Positions 20,701 through 28,835 of a stretch of 64,000 nt of DNA are shown piece after piece; position 1 is the stretch's first letter; every line of letters begins with the position of its first letter. Origin of the DNA: Vicinamibacteria bacterium (GTDB lineage: Bacteria; Acidobacteriota; Vicinamibacteria; Vicinamibacterales; UBA8438). A model generated the notes under the pieces. It was not told the DNA's origin and ran no database searches. It worked only from the letters and a program-made list of their open reading frames with translations. Position numbers and translations under genes: made by a program. The stretch spans positions 6,409 to 70,408 of the forward strand of contig CAUZDS010000008.1 in NCBI GenBank assembly GCA_963578725.1, given 5' to 3'.

Positions 20701-21165
20701 CACCGTTCGATCACGTCGGCGAGCGAAAGCGGGTCGCCACTGGCACCGATGACGCCGGATGAACGTGTAGTCGCCGACTATGCCGGCACGGGATTGACGA
20801 TCGGGCCGCATCCGGTCGCGTTTCGGCGTCAGGAGCTGGCGTTGCGGGGAGTGTTGCGCGCGATCGACCTGCCGCGGGCGCGCAATGGCCGGCGGGTGCG
20901 TGTGGCGGGCACCGTCATCACGCGCCAGCGTCCTGGGACCGCCAAGGGATTCGTGTTTCTGACGCTGGAAGACGAAACTGGTGTCGCCAACGTCATCGTC
21001 CGGCCCGACGTGTTCGCAGCCGATCGGGTCACGATTCTCGACCGGCCGTTTTTGCTGGTGGAGGGGGTGCTCCAGCTGCAGGATGGCGTCACCTCCGTCA
21101 AGGCGGAGTGTTTTCACGACTTCGCCTTCGGCGAGGCGACACCCGAGTCGCGCAATTTCTGCTGA
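17764..21165 (+). CDS. dnaE2: error-prone DNA polymerase III alpha-like subunit DnaE2 (ImuC)
   Basis: 1133 aa. The PHP N-terminus is MYIELHTSSAFSFLDGASLPEALVDRAAELGYPALALLDRDGVYGAPRF. The polymerase core is GRGSAANSAVCYSLGIT...IDLDL. An OB fold lies at the C-terminus. Confidence 0.95.
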   Translation: MYIELHTSSAFSFLDGASLPEALVDRAAELGYPALALLDRDGVYGAPRFHKAALAAGIKPIVGCELTIAKGWGAACWRLPVLVESSEGYRNLCRLLTRMKLEVPKGEGVLTLDDLEGFTTGLVALAGRAALMGHRYGVGGLLDRLVGLFGRSQVFVELQRHLLRDEEIDNQALIALAAAYHVPLVATNGVRFAVAEDRPLYDVQTCLRHKTTLDRAGHRLARNAERYLKSPVEMTRLFYDRPDALAAAGELADRVGYTMADLGYRFPAYPVPAGETMVSFLRAITEVGARERYRPYHDRARRQIARELDLIEQLDLAGYFLIVWDLVNFCRQQDILVQGRGSAANSAVCYSLGITAVDPVGMDLLFERFLSEERGEWPDIDLDLPSGDRRERVIQYVYERYGRLGAGMTANVITYRGRSAAREVGKALSIPADQIDRLAKILNHFEWTDPADTLARQLDGVGIDRTDSRVSQFSALWRRMQDLPRHLGQHSGGMVICQGRLDEVVPLENASMPGRVVVQWDKEDCADMGIVKVDLLGLGMMAVLQDTFTLIKGARADRTDAVDLARLPPDDPAVYRMLQRADTIGVFQVESRAQMAALPRLRPERFYDIVVEVAIIRPGPIVGQMVHPYMERRAGREPVQYPHPALEPILRRTLGVPLFQEQLLRVAMVAAGFSGGQAEELRRAFGFKRSERRMAEIEVALREGMAGRGITGEPADQIVQSITAFALYGFPESHAASFALLVYASAYLKAHYPAAFYTALLNNQPMGFYHPATLVKDAQRRGVRFARIDVQHSGWQCRVEPDGAIRLGLRYVTGLREAPGRAIEGVGVRPPAGSDRDTPASSRRVADRRSLVCPKCGCDDPSMVEVVDPATSHARGFCRTCAADWLLTTERDDETVDAARSRFTSVEDLIARTGLRRGELATLAEIGALNSFGYDRRTALWQIERAVRTPGELFKETVNLRQSLPRPRRSAGYVGPAEAHRSITSASESGSPLAPMTPDERVVADYAGTGLTIGPHPVAFRRQELALRGVLRAIDLPRARNGRRVRVAGTVITRQRPGTAKGFVFLTLEDETGVANVIVRPDVFAADRVTILDRPFLLVEGVLQLQDGVTSVKAECFHDFAFGEATPESRNFC

Positions 21166-21242
21166 TTGGCTCGTTGGGCGGATGGGACGACGTCGCCCTT
21201 GCTGATCCGATCGCCCTGCTGGCGCCTCTGGCGGCACGGGTC

Positions 21243-21809
21243 CTACAGCCCTCTTGGGGCTGATGTCCCGGAGGTGATGATGTCGAGGAGTGCGGCGACC
21301 TCCGACGGCACATCAATTTTCGCAGCCTTCGCGAGGCATCGTAAGACCGGGACCAACACGTCGCGCTGGTACACCTCGGTCTCTTCACAGTTATCCAGGT
21401 AGCCACGCGCCTCTCTCGCCAGTCGGACGAGGATCTCGTCGCGGAAAGGCGACGGTGGTGTCTCTTCCCGGCCGGCGTTGCCGGACGGCGCCCACATCCG
21501 CAACACCCGCTCCACGCGCAGCAGAAACGTCAGGTCCTTGGCCACGAGCGCGGGGAGATCGCGGAGGTGCTGGCTGCTTACGTCGATCGCGGCCGCGCCG
21601 CCGCCGGTCTCGCCTGCCCGTTCGTCCTCGCTCAATCGCAGCCTCCCGCGGGCCGCGACGTAGGAGGTCCACATGCCGTCGCTCAACGGCACCGGGTCGA
21701 GCGACCGGTTGATGCGCATCAGCACGTCATTCGCGGTCTCGAGATCAAGCTCGAAGCCCGCACCGCCGAAGACGCGCCGGAACATGGTCCGACGAGACAC
21801 CTGTGCCAA
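21243..21809 (-). CDS. hypothetical protein
   Basis: The track ORF is 211 aa, but GC3 becomes gene-like only from about codon 24. A TTG at 21809 lies 7 nt after an AGGAGG. I recognised no family. Confidence 0.5.
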   Translation of the reverse strand: MAQVSRRTMFRRVFGGAGFELDLETANDVLMRINRSLDPVPLSDGMWTSYVAARGRLRLSEDERAGETGGGAAAIDVSSQHLRDLPALVAKDLTFLLRVERVLRMWAPSGNAGREETPPSPFRDEILVRLAREARGYLDNCEETEVYQRDVLVPVLRCLAKAAKIDVPSEVAALLDIITSGTSAPRGL

Positions 21810-22154
21810 TGAACGACCTCCTGCCATCTGCCAGGCCGACGCGCAACGACGTATGGCTGATGAGTATACGTGCTTCAAAAGGGCCGCTCAAAGGCCATAC
21901 CACGGACCGCCTTCGCACCTGAGGCCACGCAGAATAGGGGTTTGCTCGTGTCGTCGCTGCCTGCCCGGATCCTTGACAAGGTCGTCACGCAATCTGATAC
22001 TAACCACCGGAGTCGCGTGCGTCCTGGCTGTGAGCCGGGCGCACGGGGCGCGTTCCGGAACGGAGGGTTGGGTTGCCCACGCGGCCGGCAGCCGGGAGTG
22101 GGTTCGATGCGTCACTTTTGCCCTTCGTCGTTCATCTTCTACCAAGGAGCGATC

Positions 22155-23060
22155 ATGGAGCAGCAGACGACCTCCACTGTTCAGGTCCCGCGCGGGGCCA
22201 TAGAGCTCTACAACCGCTACATTCACGGTCACATGCCTCGCCGGGAGTTCCTGGAGGGCCTGAAGGGCTTCGCGATCGGCGGTCTGACGCTTCCGGTGCT
22301 CGTCGAAGCGCTCATGCCGAACTACGCGCGCGGCCAGCAGGTCTCGCCGACCGACCCGCGTCTGACGATCGAGTACGTCACGGTACAGTCGCCGCAGGGG
22401 AACGGCAGTATCCGGGGCCTGCTGGCCCGGCCCGCCAGCGTGGGCATGTACAGCCTGCCGGGTATCCTGGTCGTCCACGAGAACCGGGGCCTCAATCCGC
22501 ACATCGAGGACGTCGCCAGGCGGTTCGCGGTGGCCAATTTCATTGCGTTCGCACCCGACGCTCTCACCTCTGTTGGTGGCTACCCTGGTGACGACGAACG
22601 GGGCGGCGAGTTGTTCCGAACGGTCGATCGCCCCAAGATGGCGGAAGACTTCGTCGCGGCCGCCAATTGGCTCAGAATGCGGGCCGATTGCACCGGTCAG
22701 ATCGGGGCGACCGGCTTCTGTTTCGGGGGTGGCATCGCCAACATGTTGGCCGTCAGGCTGGGCGAGAACTTGGCCGCCGCCGCGCCGTTCTACGGGTCCG
22801 CTGCGCCCGCCGAGGACGTGCCGGACATCCAGGCGGCAATTCTCGTACACCACGGTGCTGAGGACACGCGGTTGGTGGAGGCATGGCCAGAATATGAGGC
22901 GGCGCTCCAGGCGAACAACGTTACCTACGAAGCGCACATCTATCCAGGGGCGGGGCACGGCTTCAACAACGATGCGACGCCAGCGCGCTACAACCAGGCG
23001 GCGTCCGAACAGGCCATGAGCCGCACGATCGAGTGGTTCAACCAGTACGTGCGCGGCTAG
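22155..23060 (+). CDS. dienelactone hydrolase family protein (Tat-like RREFL leader)
   Basis: The ATG at 22155 is preceded by AAGGAG. MPRREFLEGLKGFAIGG has a Tat-like pattern. ILVVHENRGLNPHIEDVARRFA...GATGFCFGG...HHGAEDTR matches the DLH family. The upstream 95 codons of the track ORF are non-coding-like. Confidence 0.85.
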   Translation: MEQQTTSTVQVPRGAIELYNRYIHGHMPRREFLEGLKGFAIGGLTLPVLVEALMPNYARGQQVSPTDPRLTIEYVTVQSPQGNGSIRGLLARPASVGMYSLPGILVVHENRGLNPHIEDVARRFAVANFIAFAPDALTSVGGYPGDDERGGELFRTVDRPKMAEDFVAAANWLRMRADCTGQIGATGFCFGGGIANMLAVRLGENLAAAAPFYGSAAPAEDVPDIQAAILVHHGAEDTRLVEAWPEYEAALQANNVTYEAHIYPGAGHGFNNDATPARYNQAASEQAMSRTIEWFNQYVRG

Positions 23061-23090
23061 ACCGCCCGGGCGGAGGTGGCGCGCCAGACC

Positions 23091-23113
23091 GAGGCCGGCG
23101 ATACGCCGGCCTC
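23091..23113. terminator. perfect 10-bp GC hairpin after the DLH gene
   Basis: GAGGCCGGCG-ata-CGCCGGCCTC, 30 nt after the TAG stop and between convergent genes. There is no U-tract. The 5' flank resembles the stop-adjacent repeat family (see findings). Confidence 0.35.
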
Positions 23114-23322
23114 TCAAGGTTCGACCGCCTCAGCTCCGTTCCCACGAGCTCCGGCCGTAAAGGCCCTGACACAGGCCGCCGTTTCCCCGTGGCGTTCGGA
23201 GCTGACGGGCCGAGGCGGGACGATTTCAGGACGCCTTGAACGGCCTGCTTCTCGACCCGCCCTTACACCATCATGATCGTCGGCCTCCAGGCCGGCGCGG
23301 CCCGATGGTGTCCATCGCGCCT

Positions 23323-24012
23323 TTACATTCGGAACTGGGCTGCTGCTACAAGCGGGGTGTTGAGAAATCGGATGAACGGTTCCAGCGCGGTGAAGCGTCG
23401 CAGAAGGGTGCCGTAGAACCTTGGACTGAGGGCCAGCGCCGGGTCCAGCGCCTCGCCGGCCAGATATTGGTTGAGCTTGAGATACGTCGCCGCTTCGTGG
23501 TCCGGTGGGAACCCGCGTGGCACTCGCTTCAGCGTCGTGCCGGTCACACCACCGAGACGCCGGAAGACTGGCGACTCCACCAGGCTGCGGAAACTGCGGA
23601 GATTGGCGACGATGTGCTTGCGGATCCACTGTAGCTGCGGCCTCTGTGGAGCGTACAGACCGCCACCGATCCAGAGTTGGTTGTGGGCCAGATGGACATA
23701 GAGTCCGGCACTCTCGTTCTTGGGCAACGCCCGGTGCGAGAACCTGGCCGCGACGTGTGTCTTATAGGGGGTCTTGTCTGGCGAAAACCGCGTGTCACGA
23801 TATATCCGGTAAAGGGAGCGCGGCGAGGCCACCAGGTCCGGGGCGATCCCCGGGAAGTCCTCGGCCAGCCTCTCGATGGTTGCCAGCATCGGCCCGCGGA
23901 CGTGGGTCTCGTAGTCGCTCTTGTGCGCGCTGAACCACTCCCGGTTGTTGTTGCGCTTGAGGGCCCGCAGAAATGTGAGCGTACGTGGGTTGAACCGCGG
24001 CGGGGGACTCAT
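23323..24012 (-). CDS. DUF2461 (TIGR02453) family protein
   Basis: 229 aa. FLRALKRNNNREWFSAHKSDYETHVRGPM...YRIYRDTRFSPDKTPYKTHVAARF is the family signature. Confidence 0.85.
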   Translation of the reverse strand: MSPPPRFNPRTLTFLRALKRNNNREWFSAHKSDYETHVRGPMLATIERLAEDFPGIAPDLVASPRSLYRIYRDTRFSPDKTPYKTHVAARFSHRALPKNESAGLYVHLAHNQLWIGGGLYAPQRPQLQWIRKHIVANLRSFRSLVESPVFRRLGGVTGTTLKRVPRGFPPDHEAATYLKLNQYLAGEALDPALALSPRFYGTLLRRFTALEPFIRFLNTPLVAAAQFRM

Positions 24013-24063
24013 GGCGTGAGTATACCCAACGGCGTAGGAGCTTCGGCCCGGGCGTGTGGAGCG

Positions 24064-24462
24064 TCAGCCCGTGTCGCGGTCGACCCACCGGACCCGAGGC
24101 GCTAGTGCCCAGTTGAACTCGTCGAGCCGGTCCGGCCCCAGACGCTCCACCTCCACCAAGATTCGGGCGGCCTGAGCCAGCAGATCGGCCACGTCGACGC
24201 ACTGACAGGCAGGTGCGAACGGGCGCAGATAGGTCGAGCCTCGGGTCAGCATGTAGACCGCTCCGTGATGGTTGCGCCGCTGCACGTGATGGAGCGCGAC
24301 CCCGATCTGCAGGATGCCTTGATAGAGCGCGCGGACCGGTCGCGGTTCGTCGCGCCACAGGTCTTCGAGGGTTTCGTGTTGGTCGAAGAACTCGCGTCGG
24401 TTGAATTGTTCGACCCCCTGCCGCAACAGGCGCGGAGGTGACTCATCGCACGGCTTAGACAC
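24064..24462 (-). CDS. DUF309 domain-containing protein
   Basis: 132 aa with a GTG start. GVEQFNRREFFDQHETLEDLWRDE...YQGILQIGVALHHVQRRNHHGA has the DUF309 pattern. Confidence 0.8.
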   Translation of the reverse strand: MSKPCDESPPRLLRQGVEQFNRREFFDQHETLEDLWRDEPRPVRALYQGILQIGVALHHVQRRNHHGAVYMLTRGSTYLRPFAPACQCVDVADLLAQAARILVEVERLGPDRLDEFNWALAPRVRWVDRDTG

Positions 24463-24883
24463 GGTCGTGATTCTACTCGTGGCCCGAGTTGAACACTTGC
24501 TTTGCCACGGCTCGGGTGATGCAGGACCGCGGGGCGACCGCGATGGGTCCGGAATCCCGGCGTGCTGGTATCATGCGCTGTCTGGGTCGTTGGAGTGTGG
24601 GCCCGCGCCGCGGCGGTCGTGGTCGCGGCCGCCGTCAAGGGGATCGTCTCCGACGACAGTGATCATGACCGATTGTCCGCACGGTGGCCAGGCCGAGGCC
24701 GGTCAGATAACGAGGTTGAGCGTCCCGTGTCAGACGTTCGTGATCTGATGCCCGGGTGGGGTGTTCTGCCTGACGGCGTTGCTCCGCAGTCACACATGTC
24801 CGATTTGTCCCTTCGTCGCGTCTCGCTAGGCAGGCGCCGCGCCTCGGGTTTCGGTCAGCCAGCGTCTGGCACGGGATACTAGA

Positions 24884-25297
24884 GTGGCTCAGATATACCT
24901 GCCGAAGATCAAGCGGAAGCGGTCCAAGTTGCACGGCTGGGGGGTATTCGCCCTCGAGGACCTCAACAAGAACAAGCGGGTCGTTACCTACGACGGCGAG
25001 AAGATCACCGCCAAGGAGAGCGCGGATCGCGAAGACCGGTACCTCCGTCGAGGCGAGATCTGGTGTTTCCGGTTGAACCGGCGCTGGGTCATTGACGCCA
25101 ACGTCGGCGGTAACATCGGGCGGTTCATCAATCATTCGTGCATGCCCAATTGCTACAGCAACGTGATCGACGGCGTTATCTGGATTATCGCCGGCCGCAA
25201 GGTGAAGCGTGGGCAGGAGCTCACCTACAACTACTTCACCGACGGCGACAAGGAGATCCCGTGCTGTTGTCGCCCGGGGTGCACGCATAGACTTTGA
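24884..25297 (+). CDS. SET-domain protein-lysine N-methyltransferase
   Basis: 137 aa with a GTG start. It has the pre-SET basic tail KIKRKRSK, then GWGVFALEDLNKNKRVVTYDGEKI, GRFINHSCMPNC, ELTYNY and the post-SET Cys cluster CCCRPGC. GC3 is about 84%, which looks native. Confidence 0.85.
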   Translation: MAQIYLPKIKRKRSKLHGWGVFALEDLNKNKRVVTYDGEKITAKESADREDRYLRRGEIWCFRLNRRWVIDANVGGNIGRFINHSCMPNCYSNVIDGVIWIIAGRKVKRGQELTYNYFTDGDKEIPCCCRPGCTHRL

Positions 25298-25463
25298 GTG
25301 ACTTTGAGAAGACAGGCGGGAGCTCGTCTTCGCCTAGGCCACGGCGGGCTAGCTGGACGCGCCGTCCAAGTGCCGGCACACGCAGGCGGGGCAGCGAGAC
25401 GGGGGTTCGGAGACAGTACACCCTGACGTCTGAAAGCCGAAGCTCCGAACCTACTATTCGATC

Positions 25464-26156
25464 ATGCAGGTCGTCTACCTCCATGGGTTCGCGTCGTCTC
25501 CAGCATCGTCGAAGGCACTGTTCCTGGGCGAGCGTCTGGCGGCGTGCGGCCTCACCTTGCAGTGTCCCGACCTTAACGCCCCAGATTTCTCCACGCTGAC
25601 TGTCTCGCGCATGGTCGCGCAGGTCGAGCACCTGATCCAGGGGCTCGCGCATGGGCCGGTCGCGCTGATCGGGTCGAGCCTGGGGGCGTTCGTCGCCGTG
25701 CAGGCCGCAGAGCGGAGCTGGCGTGCTGGCAGGTCCGCCGTTGGTGCGGCCGGCGCCGACCACCCGATCGCGTGGCTGGTGCTGCTGGCGCCGGCGCTCG
25801 ACTTCGGCGCCAACCGTATAAAAAACCTTGGGCCAGAGGGGCTCGCGCGCTGGCGCGCGAGCAACCGGCTGGAAGTGGAGCACTACGCTGAGGGGCGGGT
25901 CCGCCACGTGCACTACGAGTTGTATGAAGATGCCAGCCGGTACGACAGCTTCGCGGCCACGGCGGCGTTGCCGACGCTGATCCTCCAGGGTCGCCGAGAC
26001 GAGGTGGTCGATCCGGCGATGGTCGAGCGATACGCGCGCGACCGGCGCCACGTCACGCTGGTCCTGCTCGATGACGACCATCAGCTGAAGGCGAGTCTGG
26101 AGCAGGTCTGGCGTCAGACGGCCGGCTTTCTCGCGGTGACATCGTCGGCCGATTGA
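25464..26156 (+). CDS. YqiA-like alpha/beta-hydrolase (esterase)
   Basis: 230 aa. The N-terminus is MQVVYLHGFASSPASSKA. The nucleophile elbow is GSSLGA. The C-terminus has QGRRDEVV...DDDHQL. Confidence 0.75.
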   Translation: MQVVYLHGFASSPASSKALFLGERLAACGLTLQCPDLNAPDFSTLTVSRMVAQVEHLIQGLAHGPVALIGSSLGAFVAVQAAERSWRAGRSAVGAAGADHPIAWLVLLAPALDFGANRIKNLGPEGLARWRASNRLEVEHYAEGRVRHVHYELYEDASRYDSFAATAALPTLILQGRRDEVVDPAMVERYARDRRHVTLVLLDDDHQLKASLEQVWRQTAGFLAVTSSAD

Positions 26157-26193
26157 TCCCGTGTCGTGGCCGCCCTACGGCCCGCGGCAGTCC

Positions 26194-26204
26194 GGGGGGG
26201 GGGG
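26194..26204 (+). repeat. G11 homopolymer tract
   Basis: Eleven consecutive G, 55 nt upstream of the glycosyltransferase ATG at 26259. If the GTG at 26166 is the real start, the tract is inside the ORF. Confidence 0.9.
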
Positions 26205-26258
26205 CTGGCGCCGGTCGAGCACCGCGTGCGTGCTGACTCGGCACGAGGGTACAGGGCA

Positions 26259-26996
26259 ATGCGCAATCCCTTCGTCTCCGTGATCATTCCGGTTCTGCAC
26301 GACGCCGGACCGCTCGCCGAGCTGTTGGAGAGGTTGCATCCGACCGGCCGGGTCGAGGTGGTTGTCGCAAACGGCGATGCCGGGGACCCGGCGCTGGCCG
26401 CGGTTCGTCGGTTATGGCCAGCGGTCCAGTGGGTCGACAGTCCGCCTGGTCGCGGCCTCCAGATGAACGCCGGGGCGGCGCGCGCGGCGGGGCATTGGCT
26501 GCTGTTTCTGCATGCCGACGCACGGCTCGCCGACGGGTGGCTCGACGAGATCGGGCGAGCCGCCGCGGAGGGCGCCGTTGGCGGGTGCTATCGGCTCGAA
26601 ATCGACTCACCGCGCTGGCAGGCCCGGCTCATCGAGCGCGGGGTGCGCTGGCGGGTGTTCTGGCTTGGGCTGGCCTACGGTGACCAGGGGCTGTTCATCC
26701 GGCGCGATCTGTTTCACGCCATCGGTTGCTACCGGCTGATACCGGTGATGGAGGACGCGGACCTGGTGCGCCGGATGCGGCGTCACGGACGGTTTCGCCG
26801 GTCGGCCGTCGGCGTGTGCGTGTCAGCGAGACGCTGGGAGCGGGATGGCTGGGTCCGTCGTACCGCCTTGAACCTCTGGATCCTGCTGTTCTATCTGGCC
26901 GGCCGGCTGGGGTTGTTGTATCCAGTCTGGCAGGACCCGGTGGCGACCGTGTCCGAGTCCGGAAACCGGTCCGTCCCGCCGGCCGGACAGACCTGA
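26259..26996 (+). CDS. family-2 glycosyltransferase, TIGR04283-like (rSAM/selenodomain-associated, arsenosugar-type GT)
   Basis: The ATG at 26259 follows a GAGGG. The motif series is VSVIIPVL, GRGLQMNAGA, LLFLHADARL, AYGDQGLFIRR, PVMEDADLVRRMRR, SARRWERDGWVRRTALN. Confidence 0.8.
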   Translation: MRNPFVSVIIPVLHDAGPLAELLERLHPTGRVEVVVANGDAGDPALAAVRRLWPAVQWVDSPPGRGLQMNAGAARAAGHWLLFLHADARLADGWLDEIGRAAAEGAVGGCYRLEIDSPRWQARLIERGVRWRVFWLGLAYGDQGLFIRRDLFHAIGCYRLIPVMEDADLVRRMRRHGRFRRSAVGVCVSARRWERDGWVRRTALNLWILLFYLAGRLGLLYPVWQDPVATVSESGNRSVPPAGQT

Positions 26997-27159
26997 ACCC
27001 GAGACACGGCGGACGTTCGGTGTCGCGTATGGCGCGGGCACTGCCGGGCCCGTGCCGCTGACATCCCGTTGACAAGGTGCACGGTGCGGGAGGACCATGG
27101 CCCGGGGGAGGTGTATCTTTATTTCGCCCTTCCGCCGGCACATCGATTGGAGGCACCGA

Positions 27160-28119
27160 ATGTTGATCAAGCAGGCTCCAGACATCCGATCGTCGGAGAT
27201 TACCGACGAGCGGCTGTATCGCAACCGGCGGCAGTTCATCCAGACGGCCTCGGGTGCCATGGCCGGCGCCCTGGCCGGCGTGACCGTACTCGGTCGGTAC
27301 GGCGGCGTGGTGCAGGCGCAAGAGACGATTCCGAATCTGCGGCCGTCGCCGTTGAGCACCGACGAGAGCCCCAACTCGTACGAAGACATCACCAGCTACA
27401 ACAACTTCTACGAGTTCGGGTCGGACAAGGGTGACCCGGCACGCTACGCGGAGGAGATGACGATCGACCCCTGGTCGGTGCGGGTCGAGGGGCAGATGAA
27501 TACCCAGGCCGCCGACGTGGACATCGATGACCTCCTCCGTCCCCACACGCTCGAAGAGCGCGTCTATCGGCTGCGGTGCGTCGAGGCCTGGTCGATGGTC
27601 GTGCCGTGGGTCGGATTTCCGCTGGGCGACCTGATCAAGCGATTCGAGCCAACTTCGAGGGCCAATTTCGTGAAGTTCACGACGCTGTTGCGCCCCGACG
27701 AGATGCGGGGACAGCGGAGCCCGGTGTTGCGGTGGCCGTATGTCGAGGGGCTGCGTCTGGACGAGGCGATGCATCCGCTGACAATCCTGGCGGTCGGCGT
27801 GTACGGGAAGACCTTACTGAATCAGCAAGGCCCGCCGCTGCGTCTCGTCGTACCATGGAAATACGGGTTCAAGAGCATCAAGTCCATCGTTAAGATCGAG
27901 TTCGTCGAGGACCAGCCACGGAACTCCTGGAATATTTCCGCCCCGAACGAATACGGGTTCTATTCCAACGTGAATCCAGAGGTCAACCATCCCCGGTGGA
28001 GTCAGGCCAGCGAGCGCCGGATCGGCAAGTTCTTCCGGATCCGGACGCAGATGTTCAACGGCTACGCCGACCAGGTGGCGAGCCTCTACGATGGGATGGA
28101 CCTTCAGCGGGACTTCTGA
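27160..28119 (+). CDS. msrP: protein-methionine-sulfoxide reductase catalytic subunit MsrP (YedY)
   Basis: The ATG at 27160 follows a GGAGG. It has a Tat-like [14 protein letters not shown]...[17 protein letters not shown]...[15 protein letters not shown]...[14 protein letters not shown]...HPRWSQA is near-collinear with E. coli YedY. Confidence 0.95.
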   Translation: MLIKQAPDIRSSEITDERLYRNRRQFIQTASGAMAGALAGVTVLGRYGGVVQAQETIPNLRPSPLSTDESPNSYEDITSYNNFYEFGSDKGDPARYAEEMTIDPWSVRVEGQMNTQAADVDIDDLLRPHTLEERVYRLRCVEAWSMVVPWVGFPLGDLIKRFEPTSRANFVKFTTLLRPDEMRGQRSPVLRWPYVEGLRLDEAMHPLTILAVGVYGKTLLNQQGPPLRLVVPWKYGFKSIKSIVKIEFVEDQPRNSWNISAPNEYGFYSNVNPEVNHPRWSQASERRIGKFFRIRTQMFNGYADQVASLYDGMDLQRDF

Positions 28120-28130
28120 GTACGAGGGGG

Positions 28131-28736
28131 ATGGGGGTGCGCCGTGTCAAGCCGTGGGTGTTCGCGGCGTGCCTCATCCCGCTCGGTCTTCTCGTCTGGC
28201 GGGGCGCCACCAATGGTCTCACGGCCAACCCGATCGAGTTCATCACCCACAGGACCGGCGACTGGACGCTGCGTTTTCTGCTGATCACCCTCGCAATCAC
28301 CCCGCTGCGAAGGGTGACCGCGTGGAGCAGCCTGGTACAGCTCCGACGGATGCTGGGACTGTTTGCCTTTTTCTACGCGGTGCTCCACTTCGGCACCTAT
28401 CTGGTGTTGGACTTCTTTTTCGCGTTCGACCTGATCCTCGATGACGTCGTGGAGCGCCGGTACGTCACCGCCGGGTTCACCGGGTTCGTGTTGCTGATTC
28501 CGCTGGCTGTCACTTCGACCCAGCGGATGATCCGCCGACTTGGCGGCGCGCGCTGGCGGCGGCTCCACCGTCTCGTGTATGGTGCCGCGCTGGCGGGGGT
28601 CGTGCACTATTTTTGGTTGGTCAAGGTCGACATCCGGCCGCCCCTGATGTACGCCATGATCCTGGGCCTGTTGCTCGGGGCGCGCGTGTGGTTCTGGTTG
28701 TCAAAAAAGGGCTCCGGAGTCTTGTCGCGAGCCTAG
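28131..28736 (+). CDS. msrQ: protein-methionine-sulfoxide reductase heme-binding subunit MsrQ (YedZ)
   Basis: ATG at 28131. KPWVFAACLIPLGLLVW...NPIEFITHRTGDWTLRFLLITLAITPLRR...FYAVLHF. Six TM segments, directly after msrP. Confidence 0.9.
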   Translation: MGVRRVKPWVFAACLIPLGLLVWRGATNGLTANPIEFITHRTGDWTLRFLLITLAITPLRRVTAWSSLVQLRRMLGLFAFFYAVLHFGTYLVLDFFFAFDLILDDVVERRYVTAGFTGFVLLIPLAVTSTQRMIRRLGGARWRRLHRLVYGAALAGVVHYFWLVKVDIRPPLMYAMILGLLLGARVWFWLSKKGSGVLSRA

Positions 28737-28835
28737 GGCCCGTGGTGAAACACCGGGTTACACTGAGACCGGCGATGTACCCAGTTCGTAACTGGATTCG
28801 TCGAGCGATACGCGACGTCTTATCGAGGCAGTCCT
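28734..28835 (+). repeat. stop-adjacent structured repeat, short copy C
   Basis: The sequence begins TAGGGCCCGTGGTGAAACACCGGG...GAGACCGGCGATG. It shares the 5' module and the GACCGGCG block with copies A and B. It contains the hairpins CCAGTT-cgt-AACTGG and CGTCG-n9-CGACG, and ends GAGGCAGTCCT directly before the ATG at 28836. Confidence 0.4.

Noticed and set aside
21870-22154. The N-terminal 95 codons of the 396-aa track ORF for the dienelactone hydrolase.
   Set aside because: There is no family similarity there. The ATG at 22155 has an AAGGAG RBS, and homologous sequence starts after it.
24562-24882. A 106-aa ORF ending 1 nt before the SET gene start; possible operon partner.
   Set aside because: Its GC3 is about 67%, which equals bulk composition, versus about 81-86% in confident genes. 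It has no SD and no recognisable family. The tight spacing is noted but not enough.
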